Part shown: one piece after another, positions 1 to 8,748 of the stretch
Position numbering within the stretch: the stretch's first letter is position 1
Layout: each line of letters begins with the position of its first letter
Source: an uncultured virus (IMG/VR IMGVR_UViG_3300050821_011122)
Taxonomy: Duplodnaviria > Heunggongvirae > Uroviricota > Caudoviricetes
Virus record (IMG/VR): IMGVR_UViG_3300050821_011122
DNA length: 20,000 nucleotides
Direction: 5' to 3' (one strand)
The notes under the pieces: generated by a model
The model's database searches: none
The model's input: only the letters and a program-made list of their open reading frames with translations
What the model was told of the DNA's origin: nothing
Translations under genes and position numbers: made by a program

Positions 1-279
1 CCGTGCACGCTGGCCACGCGCCTGGCGCAGTACAGCAACATGATGCTGGTGCAGCTGCGCGCCCCGGAGTCGCGCGAGAATTTCGCGTCCACCGTGATGA
101 CGCTGCGGTTCGAGCAGATTTTCCTGGGCAGCGTGTCGGCCGCCACCCAGAGTTCGCGCAACCAGCAGACCGGGAGCAGCCCCGAGGGGTCGCTGTCCAC
201 CACCACGCCGAGCAGCGGCACCGACGGCCTGCAGAACGGCGACGGCACCTACAACAGCAATTCTTTACCCACGTTCTAA
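1..279 (+). CDS. Dit-like phage baseplate/tail protein, 3' part (truncated by window start)
   Basis: Frame 1 is open from base 1 (PCTLATRLAQYSNMMLVQL...LRFEQIF), resembling the 'T.L..Y.NM.I...L.F.EI' pattern of Dit-like N-terminal domains. Its TAA overlaps the next ATG (TAATG at 277-281). Confidence 0.6.
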   Translation, partial: PCTLATRLAQYSNMMLVQLRAPESRENFASTVMTLRFEQIFLGSVSAATQSSRNQQTGSSPEGSLSTTTPSSGTDGLQNGDGTYNSNSLPTF

Positions 280-638
280 TGTCCACTTCCCCCCAGATCG
301 TACCGCTCACCAACTCTCCTAACCAGACGTTCTCGGTGGCGCTGTCCATCGACGGCACGGTGAAGAGCTTGCAGGGGTACCTGCACTACAACGAGGTGGC
401 GGGCTACTGGGTGCTGTCCATCTACGACCTGCTGGGCAACCTCATACTGGACTCCGTGCCGTTCGTAACCGGGAACGGCTCTGGCGACGAGGCCAGCGGC
501 AACTTGCTGGGCCAGTTCGACTACCTGGGCATCGGCAGCCTATATATTCTTAACATCAGCGGCGTCACTACACCGGACTTTCCCAACTCCACCGACCTGG
601 GCGCCGACTTTCAGGCGCTGTGGGCGTCTACCCAATGA
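279..638 (+). CDS. Phage baseplate plug protein (DUF6983 / Pam3 gp18-like), 119 aa
   Basis: Starts MSTSPQIVPLTNSPNQTFSVAL; contains YN...YW.LSI.D..G..I...VP.VTG..NLL.QF.YLG; lies immediately upstream of the hub gene; start taken from the TAATG overlap. Confidence 0.75.
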   Translation: MSTSPQIVPLTNSPNQTFSVALSIDGTVKSLQGYLHYNEVAGYWVLSIYDLLGNLILDSVPFVTGNGSGDEASGNLLGQFDYLGIGSLYILNISGVTTPDFPNSTDLGADFQALWASTQ

Positions 639-1759
639 GCGCCGCCGCCCTAGCTACGCCAAACGCCGTTGCGCCTAACAAGTTCTTCGGGCGCAAGTTC
701 CAGCTCACCGTAACCCTACCGGCGGACAGTTCCGGCAACCAGCAGGTGCTATACATCCCGCAGAACTCGCTGGACCCCGAGGCGTTTCGGATTAAGTTTA
801 CCGTGTACACGGTGTTCTACCAAAAGGCGTGGTTCGCGGACATCGACATCTACAACCTGGACAAGTTCACCACCAACCAGCTCATTTCCGGGTCCGGGCA
901 AACTACCTCCACCGCTACTTCCCCAACTTCCACTATTAAACAGGGAATGGTGGCCACCCTTTACGCTGGGTACCAGAACGGCGCGTACGGGGCGATCTGG
1001 ACCGGGCCAGTGTTCCAGGCGCGGTTTACCAAGGAACAGGTGGTAGACTTTAAGATTACCTTACACTGCCTGCTGTGGCTGGACCCCTTGACCCGGACTA
1101 ATATTAACTCGACGTTTTCGGCCCTGACCAACCAGACCGACCTTATCAACCAGATTGCCAATCTGGCGTTCGGCAGCAGCGTGCACACGTCGGTGAGCGA
1201 CAGCGTCAAGTCCACTCAGCAGTCGCGCGGCGGAGTGGTATTCGGCTCGGCCAAGCAATTCTTCAATTCTACCGCCGACGACAACAACATGCAGTGGTTC
1301 CTGGGGCCGCGCGGTTTCAACTTCGCCCGGATCGACGACAACATTCAGGCGAACAGCGGCTCGGACGACGCCATCCCGACCACCACCGGGGTGCGGGTGT
1401 ACAGCCCCCCGCCGCCCGCGGGCTACCCCGCGCCCGCCGCCGACGGCGTCATCATTGGCACCCCGGAGCAGACCCAGTACGGAGTGCGGTTCCGCGTGCT
1501 GATGGACCCGGCGGTGCAGGTCACTTACCCCGCGCAGCTGGTGAAGATAGACAACAGCCAGATTATACAGCTTAAGAAAAGCTTGGGGGAATACGTGAAC
1601 GTCCTGGACCCCACGGGCACCTACATCGTGCTGGCGGCCACCTACGTGGGCGACACGCGGGGGGACGCCTGGTACACAGAGATCGAGGGCCTGACCAGCG
1701 TGGGCGGCAAGTGGGCCGCGGCGCAGGCCCTGGCGGAAAAGGCCAGCGTGAACCACTGA
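635..1759 (+). CDS. Baseplate hub protein (T4 gp27-like fold)
   Basis: FGRKFQLTV start, ADIDIYNL, LYAGY...G.IW.G.V, RG.V.FG, IG.PEQT..GV....L.DP and GDTRG..WYTE motifs; ATGA overlap at 635-638. Confidence 0.8.
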   Translation: MSAAALATPNAVAPNKFFGRKFQLTVTLPADSSGNQQVLYIPQNSLDPEAFRIKFTVYTVFYQKAWFADIDIYNLDKFTTNQLISGSGQTTSTATSPTSTIKQGMVATLYAGYQNGAYGAIWTGPVFQARFTKEQVVDFKITLHCLLWLDPLTRTNINSTFSALTNQTDLINQIANLAFGSSVHTSVSDSVKSTQQSRGGVVFGSAKQFFNSTADDNNMQWFLGPRGFNFARIDDNIQANSGSDDAIPTTTGVRVYSPPPPAGYPAPAADGVIIGTPEQTQYGVRFRVLMDPAVQVTYPAQLVKIDNSQIIQLKKSLGEYVNVLDPTGTYIVLAATYVGDTRGDAWYTEIEGLTSVGGKWAAAQALAEKASVNH

Positions 1760-2619
1760 TGGGCGCCCCCGCAACTTCGTCTTGGATCAACGTGCCGCAG
1801 CGGCTGCGGCAGCCGGAGCTTAGCTTCCTGGAGCTGCTGTTTCAATTCAGTCGCGACCTGCGTGTGGCCGTGCCGGGCATCGTACAGTCGTTTAACGCCA
1901 CCAAGCAAACTGTTACCGTGCAGGTTGCCATCCGTGAAATGATCAATGTAATTACGGCAGATGGCCAAGGGGGCGCTGCCCCGGTGCCCACACCCACGCA
2001 AATCCAGATACTGTCGGACGTGCCGATTTGCACCTACGGCGGCGGAGGATTCGAAGTTACCCTGCCTATTGCGGTCGGCGACGAATGCCTAGTGGTGTTT
2101 GGCGACAGCTGCATGAGCGCGTGGTGGGCCAACGGCGGGGTGCAGAACCCGGAGGTGAGCCGCCGCCACGACCTGTCCGACGGGTTCGCCGTCATCGGGC
2201 CGCGGTCGCAGCCGCGCAAGATTGCCAACTATTCTACCGACTCCCTGCAAATACGCTCCGACGACGGCAACACGCTGATCAACGTGAAGGCGGGTCAGGT
2301 GAACTCCACGGTGGACGGAGGCACCACCACCAGCAAGATGACGGCGGGCGACATCGTGCTCAGCCCGGACGGCGGCACCACCCAGCTAGCCATCACACCC
2401 GGGGCCATCAACCTTACCGCCGCCACCGTGAACATCAACGGCAACGAGGTGATTAGCGGCGCTTTGACCGTGGACGAGACGGCACTGATCATAGGCCAGC
2501 TTACGGTGGACAGCACGATAGTGGGCCACGACGACGCCACCATCAGCGGCATTACCTACAGCTCGCACGAGCACAGCGGCGTCACCACCGGTGGCGGAAC
2601 CTCGGGGCCTCCCGTATGA
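1759..2619 (+). CDS. Gp138-family baseplate central spike protein
   Basis: VAVPGIVQSFN...TVTVQ, L.DVP.....GGGF..TLPI..GDECLVVF.D, RRHDLSDGFA motifs; beta-strand repeats; C-terminal HEHSGV (HxH iron-binding tip); TGATG overlap at 1757-1761. Confidence 0.9.
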   Translation: MGAPATSSWINVPQRLRQPELSFLELLFQFSRDLRVAVPGIVQSFNATKQTVTVQVAIREMINVITADGQGGAAPVPTPTQIQILSDVPICTYGGGGFEVTLPIAVGDECLVVFGDSCMSAWWANGGVQNPEVSRRHDLSDGFAVIGPRSQPRKIANYSTDSLQIRSDDGNTLINVKAGQVNSTVDGGTTTSKMTAGDIVLSPDGGTTQLAITPGAINLTAATVNINGNEVISGALTVDETALIIGQLTVDSTIVGHDDATISGITYSSHEHSGVTTGGGTSGPPV

Positions 2620-3011
2620 GCACTTCGCCTGTCGCCACTTATCGGAACATCGTCAACGGCGAGCCGCAGTGGGGCCAGGGGCAGTCCAACTTCGTGGCCG
2701 ACGTGTACGCAATCGCGCTGTTGCTGCAAACTCGCCTTAGCCTATTCATGGGCGAATGGTGGGCCGATCTTAACGACGGGCTGCCGCTTTGGCAGTCCAT
2801 ACTGGGCCAGAACTCCAACGTGGCCGCCATCAGCATGCTGATCTCGCAGCGCATTCTGGCCACGCCGTATGTTGTCGGCATCGTTAGCTCCAGCGCGGTG
2901 TACGCCAACTCGCAGTTCAGCTACGCCGCAACGGTACAGACGCAGTTCGGGCCGGTAACCGTGACCAACCAGGGGCCGACGTTCCTGACGCAGTCGCTGC
3001 AGACACCATAA
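2616..3011 (+). CDS. Baseplate wedge / sheath initiator (gp25/gp46-like)
   Basis: TRL.LF.GEWW.D..DGLP..Q.ILG, IL.TP.V and V.TQFG motifs; located between spike and baseplate J. Confidence 0.8.
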   Translation: MSTSPVATYRNIVNGEPQWGQGQSNFVADVYAIALLLQTRLSLFMGEWWADLNDGLPLWQSILGQNSNVAAISMLISQRILATPYVVGIVSSSAVYANSQFSYAATVQTQFGPVTVTNQGPTFLTQSLQTP

Positions 3012-4210
3012 TGGGCGCATACGCACCTCCGGCGATCACCAGCGCGGGCCTCACCGTCCCGGGCTACCAGGCAATCTACAACTACTACATCGCCGCGCTG
3101 CAGCAGATCTACGGCCAGAGCGTGGTGATCGACAACAGCAACCCGGACGTGCAGCTCGTCTCGCTGTTCGCCCTGGCCGCCGCCGATGGGTTTTCCGCGC
3201 TGCAGCTGGACTTTAACAACCATTCCCCGAACTTCGCCATCGGCGCGGCGCTAAGCAGCCTGGTGAAGCTGAACGGTCTGCAGCGCAAGGTGGCCACGTT
3301 CTCCACCGTGGGCGTCACGCTTACCGGCACCCCCGGAACCGTCATCACCGGCGGCGTGGTGCAGGACACGGTGACCGGAAGCCGCTGGGACCTCCCGGCC
3401 TCGGTCACCGTTGGCGGCGGCGGGTCGGTGTCGGTGATAGCCACGTGCGAGACCGCCGGGGCGGTCAACATCCCGATCGGCACGGCCACCATCATCGCCA
3501 CCCCCACGGCGGGGTGGACGTCGGTAACCAATTCGGCCATCTCCACCCCGGGGCAGCCCGTGGAGGCCGACAGCCAGCTGCGCACGCGCCAGGCATTGTC
3601 CGTGGCGGCCCCCAGCGAGACGCTGCTGGCCGGGACACTGGCCGCCATTGCGGCGGTGCCGAACGTCACGCGGTACGCCATCGACGAGAACACCGGGAGC
3701 ACGACCAACGGAAACGGCACCCCGGGCCACAGCATCCAGGCCACGGTGGAGGGCGGCGCGCAGGCGGCTATCGCCCAGGCCATCTTCGCCAACCGCGGCA
3801 TCGGCTGCGGCACGTTCGGCGACGTGACGGTCGCCGTGACCGACCCCAACACAGGCATCACGCTCAACATCAGCTTTAACCAGCCGCCCACGTACGTGCC
3901 GATTTACGTCATCATCAACGCCCACCTGCTGCCCGGCGGCACCAGCGCCACGCTGACGGCCATCGCCCAGGCCGTGGCCGCCTACATCAACAGCCTGCAG
4001 ATCAGCGGGGGCGGCGGCGTCATCAGCTTCGGCGAGCTGATCACGGCGGCGGCCAGCGTAAACGCGAACCCGGACGAGCCCGTGGTTTCCATACGCTCGC
4101 CGTTCTACTTCGGCACTAGCGCCAGCCCCAGCACCAGCACCGACGTGGCACTGGCCTTTGGGGACGCGGCCCAGGGCGCGGTGGGCAACATCACGGTGAA
4201 CTCCGTATGA
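3011..4210 (+). CDS. Baseplate J / gp47 family wedge protein
   Basis: GLTVP.Y, PD.Q, A.GA.L..LV.LNGL.RK.AT.S.V, ATC...GA, GW.SVTN, E.D.QLR.RQ, ENT, GHSI...VEGG motifs. Confidence 0.92.
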   Translation: MGAYAPPAITSAGLTVPGYQAIYNYYIAALQQIYGQSVVIDNSNPDVQLVSLFALAAADGFSALQLDFNNHSPNFAIGAALSSLVKLNGLQRKVATFSTVGVTLTGTPGTVITGGVVQDTVTGSRWDLPASVTVGGGGSVSVIATCETAGAVNIPIGTATIIATPTAGWTSVTNSAISTPGQPVEADSQLRTRQALSVAAPSETLLAGTLAAIAAVPNVTRYAIDENTGSTTNGNGTPGHSIQATVEGGAQAAIAQAIFANRGIGCGTFGDVTVAVTDPNTGITLNISFNQPPTYVPIYVIINAHLLPGGTSATLTAIAQAVAAYINSLQISGGGGVISFGELITAAASVNANPDEPVVSIRSPFYFGTSASPSTSTDVALAFGDAAQGAVGNITVNSV

Positions 4211-5595
4211 GAAAATCACTCGCTGTACTGCTTCTACTCGGCGCGGCGCTACCGGCCCTGGCCCAGATCACCCCGGAGCTGGGGTTCAACGTTCCGCCAT
4301 ACGGCACGCTGAACTGGAACGTGCCGTACAACTCCAACTGGCTGGCCCTGGACCAGTACCTTTCCGGCAGCACCTCCACGGTCATACTCGGCAACCCCGG
4401 CCCGCTGTTCGGCGGCCCCATCAGCTTCAGCCAGACCAACGGCGGCGTGCTGTTCTCGGCGCTGCCCACGGTCTACCCCAACGGCTCGCAGTTGTACTGC
4501 AAAGACTGCAACACCAACTGCACCGCCGGGAGCAGCACGGGCAAGACCTGCTTTAGGGAGAACGGCGTGTGGACCGGGGTGTCGAGCGGCGGTTCCGGCG
4601 TCACCAGCGTGGGGCTGGTGGGTACCGCTAACGAAATCACAGTCACCGGGACTAGCCCCATCATTGCCACCGGCTCCTGGACCTTATCCTTGCCCAGTCC
4701 TCTCACCCTATCCACCGCCACCAACGTGCCCAGCGGCGCCACCCTTACCATCCAGTCCGGCGGCTCGCTGGTGTGCGCCGGAGGTTCCACTTGCCCAGGT
4801 GGCACTGGCAGTTTCCCCACCAACCAGTCTTTGGGCGACACCGTGCGCTATAGCGTGTACGGCGACAGCAAGTGGGACGCCGCCCAGTCCGGCATGAGCA
4901 TCAGCCTGGGCTGGTACAACGACCAGGCGCAGGGCGTGCCCATCTGCTACGGGGCCATCGGGTGCAGCCACCCCGTGGCCGAGGGTTCGTTCGCCAACGT
5001 GTACGCCAACGGCACCAACAGCCCGGGGGCCACCTACTCCGCCGCGGCCACGGCCTCGACCTCGGACGTCATCGGCATGGACGTGGGCGCGGGGGCGAAC
5101 TTCGGCGACTGGGGGTTCGGCAACTTCTACCGCCTGGCCTTCAGCTGGGCCGCCGGTAACACGACCAACGTGCGGTATTGGCTTGGCATGACGGCGTTCA
5201 ACACCGGCGGCGCCGGGTGCAGCACGGCCCCGCCGCGCTCCACTACCTGCTACGCCACCAACACGCCCAACACCAGTGCCCTGGTCTTCCGGTACTCGGC
5301 GGGCACAGACACGCACTGGCAGGCCGTCAGCATCAACGCCGGGACGGCCACGGTGACCAGCACCGGCGTGGCCGTCGACACCAACCCGCACCTGTTCGAG
5401 ATCGCGGCGGCCATTGGCGGGGGCTACAACTACTACATCGACGGCGTGCTTACGGCCACCATCACCACCAACCTGCCCTCGGTCACGGCGCAGTCTTCTC
5501 TGACCGAGACCATCATTTTCTGGACCGGGGACAACGAGAACACGGCCACGGCCATCGCCGGGACTAGCTACTGGATGTCCATGAGCGAGAAATAA
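4207..5595 (+). CDS. Sec-signal-peptide-bearing, Cys-rich tail-fibre-like protein (462 aa)
   Basis: MRKSLAVLLLLGAALPALA|Q signal; fibre-type N-terminal motif TPELGFNVP..G..NWNVPYNSNWLALD; GVTSVGL...ITVTG.SPI..TG fibre-shaft motif; C-terminal beta-sandwich/lectin-like region (YYIDGVLTAT). Coupled to both neighbours (ATGA, TAATG). The CDS is solid; the function is inferred. Confidence 0.65.
   Translation: MRKSLAVLLLLGAALPALAQITPELGFNVPPYGTLNWNVPYNSNWLALDQYLSGSTSTVILGNPGPLFGGPISFSQTNGGVLFSALPTVYPNGSQLYCKDCNTNCTAGSSTGKTCFRENGVWTGVSSGGSGVTSVGLVGTANEITVTGTSPIIATGSWTLSLPSPLTLSTATNVPSGATLTIQSGGSLVCAGGSTCPGGTGSFPTNQSLGDTVRYSVYGDSKWDAAQSGMSISLGWYNDQAQGVPICYGAIGCSHPVAEGSFANVYANGTNSPGATYSAAATASTSDVIGMDVGAGANFGDWGFGNFYRLAFSWAAGNTTNVRYWLGMTAFNTGGAGCSTAPPRSTTCYATNTPNTSALVFRYSAGTDTHWQAVSINAGTATVTSTGVAVDTNPHLFEIAAAIGGGYNYYIDGVLTATITTNLPSVTAQSSLTETIIFWTGDNENTATAIAGTSYWMSMSEK
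4726..4797 (+). repeat. 72-bp imperfect repeat, copy 1 (VPSGATLTIQSGGSLVCAGGSTCP)
   Basis: By manual alignment, 58/72 nt and 20/24 aa identical to 7699-7770. Confidence 0.9.
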
Positions 5596-6200
5596 TGGGC
5601 GCCGGGTCGGGAGGGCTTGGCGGCGGAGGCTACGGCGGCCCCAACCTGCAGTACTACCTGTCGCTGCTCACCAGCGAGTGGCAGGCCACGGCCAAGTTCC
5701 AGGCGTGGGTGGCGGCCCTGCTGACGCCGCTGGTAGACCTGCAGTCGGCGGCGCTGGCCATGTACGCGTTCTTCGATGTGGACAACGCCATTGGCGCGCA
5801 ACTGGACGCGCTGGGCACGCTAGTGGGGCAGGGGCGCCAGGTGCCGTTCCAGCCCTCGGGCGGGGTAAGCCCCGTACTGGACGACCCCACGTACCGCGTG
5901 CTGCTGAAGGCCAAGATCATACAGAACCAGTTCGATGGCCAGATCGACAGCCTGTACGCCGCGTGGGCGCAGCTGTTCCCGGGCACGCGCTTTATCTTCA
6001 TCGACAACATGAACATGACGGCCACGGTCGAGATCGCCGGGGTGTTCACCAGCATCCTGCAGGACCTGATCACCAACGGGCTGATCGTGCCGCGCCCGCA
6101 GGGCGTGCAGTACACGTACTCGTTCGCCACGCTCCCGCTGTTCGGGGTGGACCTGAACAACTCCATCATCGCGGGCGTAGACATAGGACACATCGCATGA
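5595..6200 (+). CDS. DUF2612 family baseplate wedge protein (gp48/gpI-like)
   Basis: Y..LLTSE, FDVDNAIGAQLDALG..VG..R, L.D..YR.LLKAKI..N..DG, DNMNMT, VPRPQGV motifs. Confidence 0.9.
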   Translation: MGAGSGGLGGGGYGGPNLQYYLSLLTSEWQATAKFQAWVAALLTPLVDLQSAALAMYAFFDVDNAIGAQLDALGTLVGQGRQVPFQPSGGVSPVLDDPTYRVLLKAKIIQNQFDGQIDSLYAAWAQLFPGTRFIFIDNMNMTATVEIAGVFTSILQDLITNGLIVPRPQGVQYTYSFATLPLFGVDLNNSIIAGVDIGHIA

Positions 6201-6808
6201 GCACCAACTTTGTCGTATTTAATCCAGGCTGCGCCAACCAGGAGTCGGACGCAACTTATGCCTCCGACGCCACGCGCACCGGCGGTTACGCCACCGACCA
6301 GATCGTGCCCAGCCCACTGCTGAATAAAGCCACCTACCAGCCCAGCATCGGGATTACCGCCTTGATGCAGTCGCTGGTGGCCAAGGGTTATAGCCCGAAC
6401 GACGGCTCGGCGGCCCCGGCTAGCGCGCTGGCCAACCTCGTCGCCGTCCTGGCCAACATCATGACCAACGCCGACGTGCTTACGGCCATCAGCCTAGGCA
6501 ACCAGGCGGGTTACGTCAAGTTCGGCCCCGCATTCGGCAACCTGATGGTCCAATGGGGCGTCGTCAGCGGCGTCAGCTCGAATGTGTCTAATGTGGTCAC
6601 CTACCCCCAGGCGTTCAGCGGGTCCGGCGGCTCGGCCCCGTTCAACATGCTGGTTCCGTACTTCCCAGCGGGCGTGCTCGGGACCATCACGCAGTGGGGC
6701 GTGAATTCCGGGGCGTCCACCCCGCTCACCACCTTCACCTTCGAGGTTTCCTCCAGCACCACCGCCACGCTCAACATGGGGTGGTTCGCCATAGGTAAGC
6801 ATTCATGA
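6197..6808 (+). CDS. Short tail fibre / baseplate-anchored adaptor with C-terminal gp53-like domain (203 aa)
   Basis: N-terminal TNF..F......N......Y.....R..G.......S...NK...Q.S anchor motif; C-terminal GYVKF...LMVQWG...VTYP.AF...WFAIG; start from ATGA overlap at 6197-6200. Confidence 0.8.
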   Translation: MSTNFVVFNPGCANQESDATYASDATRTGGYATDQIVPSPLLNKATYQPSIGITALMQSLVAKGYSPNDGSAAPASALANLVAVLANIMTNADVLTAISLGNQAGYVKFGPAFGNLMVQWGVVSGVSSNVSNVVTYPQAFSGSGGSAPFNMLVPYFPAGVLGTITQWGVNSGASTPLTTFTFEVSSSTTATLNMGWFAIGKHS

Positions 6809-8748
6809 GGAAAATACTTTGCTTTCTGCTGCTCTCCTGCTCCCTCGCCGCGGCCCAGAACTTCCTTACCGTGGCGGGCTCGAACACCTACGGCTACGGC
6901 AACGCCCTGCTGCCCTCCGGCAGCCTCATTTTTACCGCCACCGACTCGCACGGCGCCCCCATCAGCTACCAGGCCGGTGGCGGGGGCCAGGTTGTCCGCT
7001 ACCCCACCGCCTGCTCCATCGCCAACGGCGTCATCGCCAGCGGGTGCCAGGTGGCCAACGTGTCGGTGTCTAACCCCGCCAATTTCTGCTACTCCGTGCA
7101 GATCGTGGACGCCGCCAACCGGCTGGTGCTCGGCGGCCCCCAGTCCGGCTACAACTGCGTGCAGCCCCAGACCACCAACTTTTGGTGCGCCTCCGGTACC
7201 TGCAATTTCGACCAGTACGTGCCCAACATCCCCACGGCCCTCACCATGCTGCTGCCGCTGCCCAAGGCACTCAGCATCGGCGGGGTATACGCGTTCACCT
7301 GCCCCGTTGGGCTGGTGGCCAACGGCGTGCTTACCACCGGCCTGCTGTCGTGCGTTACCGGCGGGGGCGGCGGGGGCCTTACCTTTCCCATTTTGGCCCC
7401 GAACGGCGGCATCAACGCTCCGTCCTACACCTTCCAGAACAATCGTGACTTGGGCTGGTCCCTCGACACGACCAATACTTCGGTGTACTTCCAGTTCGGA
7501 GAGAGCGATGCCATGGGGTGCGGCACGGCCTTCCTGGGGGGAGTCGGCGGCGGCCCGCTGGACTGCGGCATCCAGCTGGAGGCGGCCCAGAATTTCTTCT
7601 TTACTAGCACCAGCTACAGCGTCCCGCTGCTGTCCATCAGCAGCGCGGGCGTCACCGTGGGCGCGAACGCTCCGTTGAACGTGAACGGCGGCGAGAGCGT
7701 GCCCAACGGCAGCACCCTTACCATTCAGCCGGGCGGGTCGCTGGTGTGCGCCAGCGGCAGCACCTGCCCCGCCCCCGGGGTTACGGCCTTCGCGGCGCTG
7801 ACGCCGGGGGTTAACGCTACGCCCACGCCATTCGGCATTGCGCCCAGCTCGGCGTTGGGGGGTAGCACGCCCGACTTCAGCGTGCTCGGGGCCGTGGGGG
7901 ACGCCAACACCGGCCCCGTGGTGAATATAGACACCCCCACCGGGTCGCAGCAGAACAGCTTCCGGGCGGGGGTTAATGGCGTATCCCAATTGCAAACCTG
8001 CTGGCAGCCGGGGCCGCTGGGGGAAATGGTGTTCGGGTCCACCGTGGCCTGCCCATCCATCTACACCACCGTGTTCGCCAAGAACGTGTTCCAAGACGGC
8101 GCCACCGGCCACACGGGCGCCCGATTCTGGCAGTCCAGCGGCGCCTACGTCGGGGACTTCCTACAATTCAACACGGCCACCGCCGCCGGGACGGGGTTCA
8201 ACGCGCTCACCCTGTATACCGGGGTGACTGGCAGCGACACCTACCATGCCGGCGGGGTGCTGGTGGCCCAGCTCGACGGCAACGGGGACTTCCTTGGCAG
8301 CAGCTTCGGCGGCGTCAACCCGTCCGCCCCCATCCAGATCCTAACCTCGGTCCCAGGCGGCACGGCCTGCGTCCCGACCGGTGGCAAGTCCCAGATCGCC
8401 ATAGGTTCGGACGGCAACTTCTACTCCAGCAACAACGGCGGCGCGTGCGTGCGGCTGGGCACCGCGGTGGACGTCATCAATGGGACGGCCTCCATGCCCG
8501 TCACCGGGATATCTGCGGGAACGTGCTCTACCGTGACGGTGTCGGCCCCGGGCGTGCTGTCCACCGACTCAATCAACTGGACCCCCAACGCGTCAATCAA
8601 GGCGGTTAACGGGTACTCGCCCCCCGCCGCTCTAGCCATACAGTCCTACCCTACCGCTAATTTCGTGAACTTCGACGTCTGTAACAACGCCCCCACCGGC
8701 AGCGTCACACCTGGGGCCGTTACGTTGAACTGGCGGGTGGCCCGATGA
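6805..8748 (+). CDS. Sec-signal-peptide-bearing, Cys-rich tail-fibre-like protein (647 aa)
   Basis: MRKILCFLLLSCSLAAA|Q signal; N-terminal adaptor-like beta domain; poly-Gly hinge; G...APSYTF fibre motif; compact C-terminal beta domain (ISAGTCSTVTVSAPGV...VNFDVCNN...VTPGAVTLNWRV); ATGA overlaps at both ends. Confidence 0.65.
   Translation: MRKILCFLLLSCSLAAAQNFLTVAGSNTYGYGNALLPSGSLIFTATDSHGAPISYQAGGGGQVVRYPTACSIANGVIASGCQVANVSVSNPANFCYSVQIVDAANRLVLGGPQSGYNCVQPQTTNFWCASGTCNFDQYVPNIPTALTMLLPLPKALSIGGVYAFTCPVGLVANGVLTTGLLSCVTGGGGGGLTFPILAPNGGINAPSYTFQNNRDLGWSLDTTNTSVYFQFGESDAMGCGTAFLGGVGGGPLDCGIQLEAAQNFFFTSTSYSVPLLSISSAGVTVGANAPLNVNGGESVPNGSTLTIQPGGSLVCASGSTCPAPGVTAFAALTPGVNATPTPFGIAPSSALGGSTPDFSVLGAVGDANTGPVVNIDTPTGSQQNSFRAGVNGVSQLQTCWQPGPLGEMVFGSTVACPSIYTTVFAKNVFQDGATGHTGARFWQSSGAYVGDFLQFNTATAAGTGFNALTLYTGVTGSDTYHAGGVLVAQLDGNGDFLGSSFGGVNPSAPIQILTSVPGGTACVPTGGKSQIAIGSDGNFYSSNNGGACVRLGTAVDVINGTASMPVTGISAGTCSTVTVSAPGVLSTDSINWTPNASIKAVNGYSPPAALAIQSYPTANFVNFDVCNNAPTGSVTPGAVTLNWRVAR
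7699..7770 (+). repeat. 72-bp imperfect repeat, copy 2 (VPNGSTLTIQPGGSLVCASGSTCP)
   Basis: Matches 4726-4797. Confidence 0.9.

Noticed and set aside
3..278. N-terminal extension of ORF 3..638
   Set aside because: It overlaps the Dit-like gene in frame 1; the real start at 279 is marked by a TAATG overlap and family-like sequence.
5678..6196. Long N-terminal extension of ORF 5678..6808 (similarly the 620, 1711, 12681 and 14255 starts)
   Set aside because: Arg/Gly/Ala-rich off-frame reading of the upstream gene; stop/start overlaps define the starts at 6197, 635, 1759, 12987 and 14531.
4726..7770. Repeat pair as a diversity-generating retroelement TR/VR
   Set aside because: Mismatches are not adenine-specific and include several synonymous changes; both copies are mid-gene; no reverse transcriptase in the window.
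6601..8112. 503-aa antisense ORF and other long antisense ORFs (1061-1774, 3251-4219, 4708-5391, 11880-12617)
   Set aside because: Typical shadow ORFs of high-GC coding DNA, with no recognisable motifs and lying opposite convincing genes.
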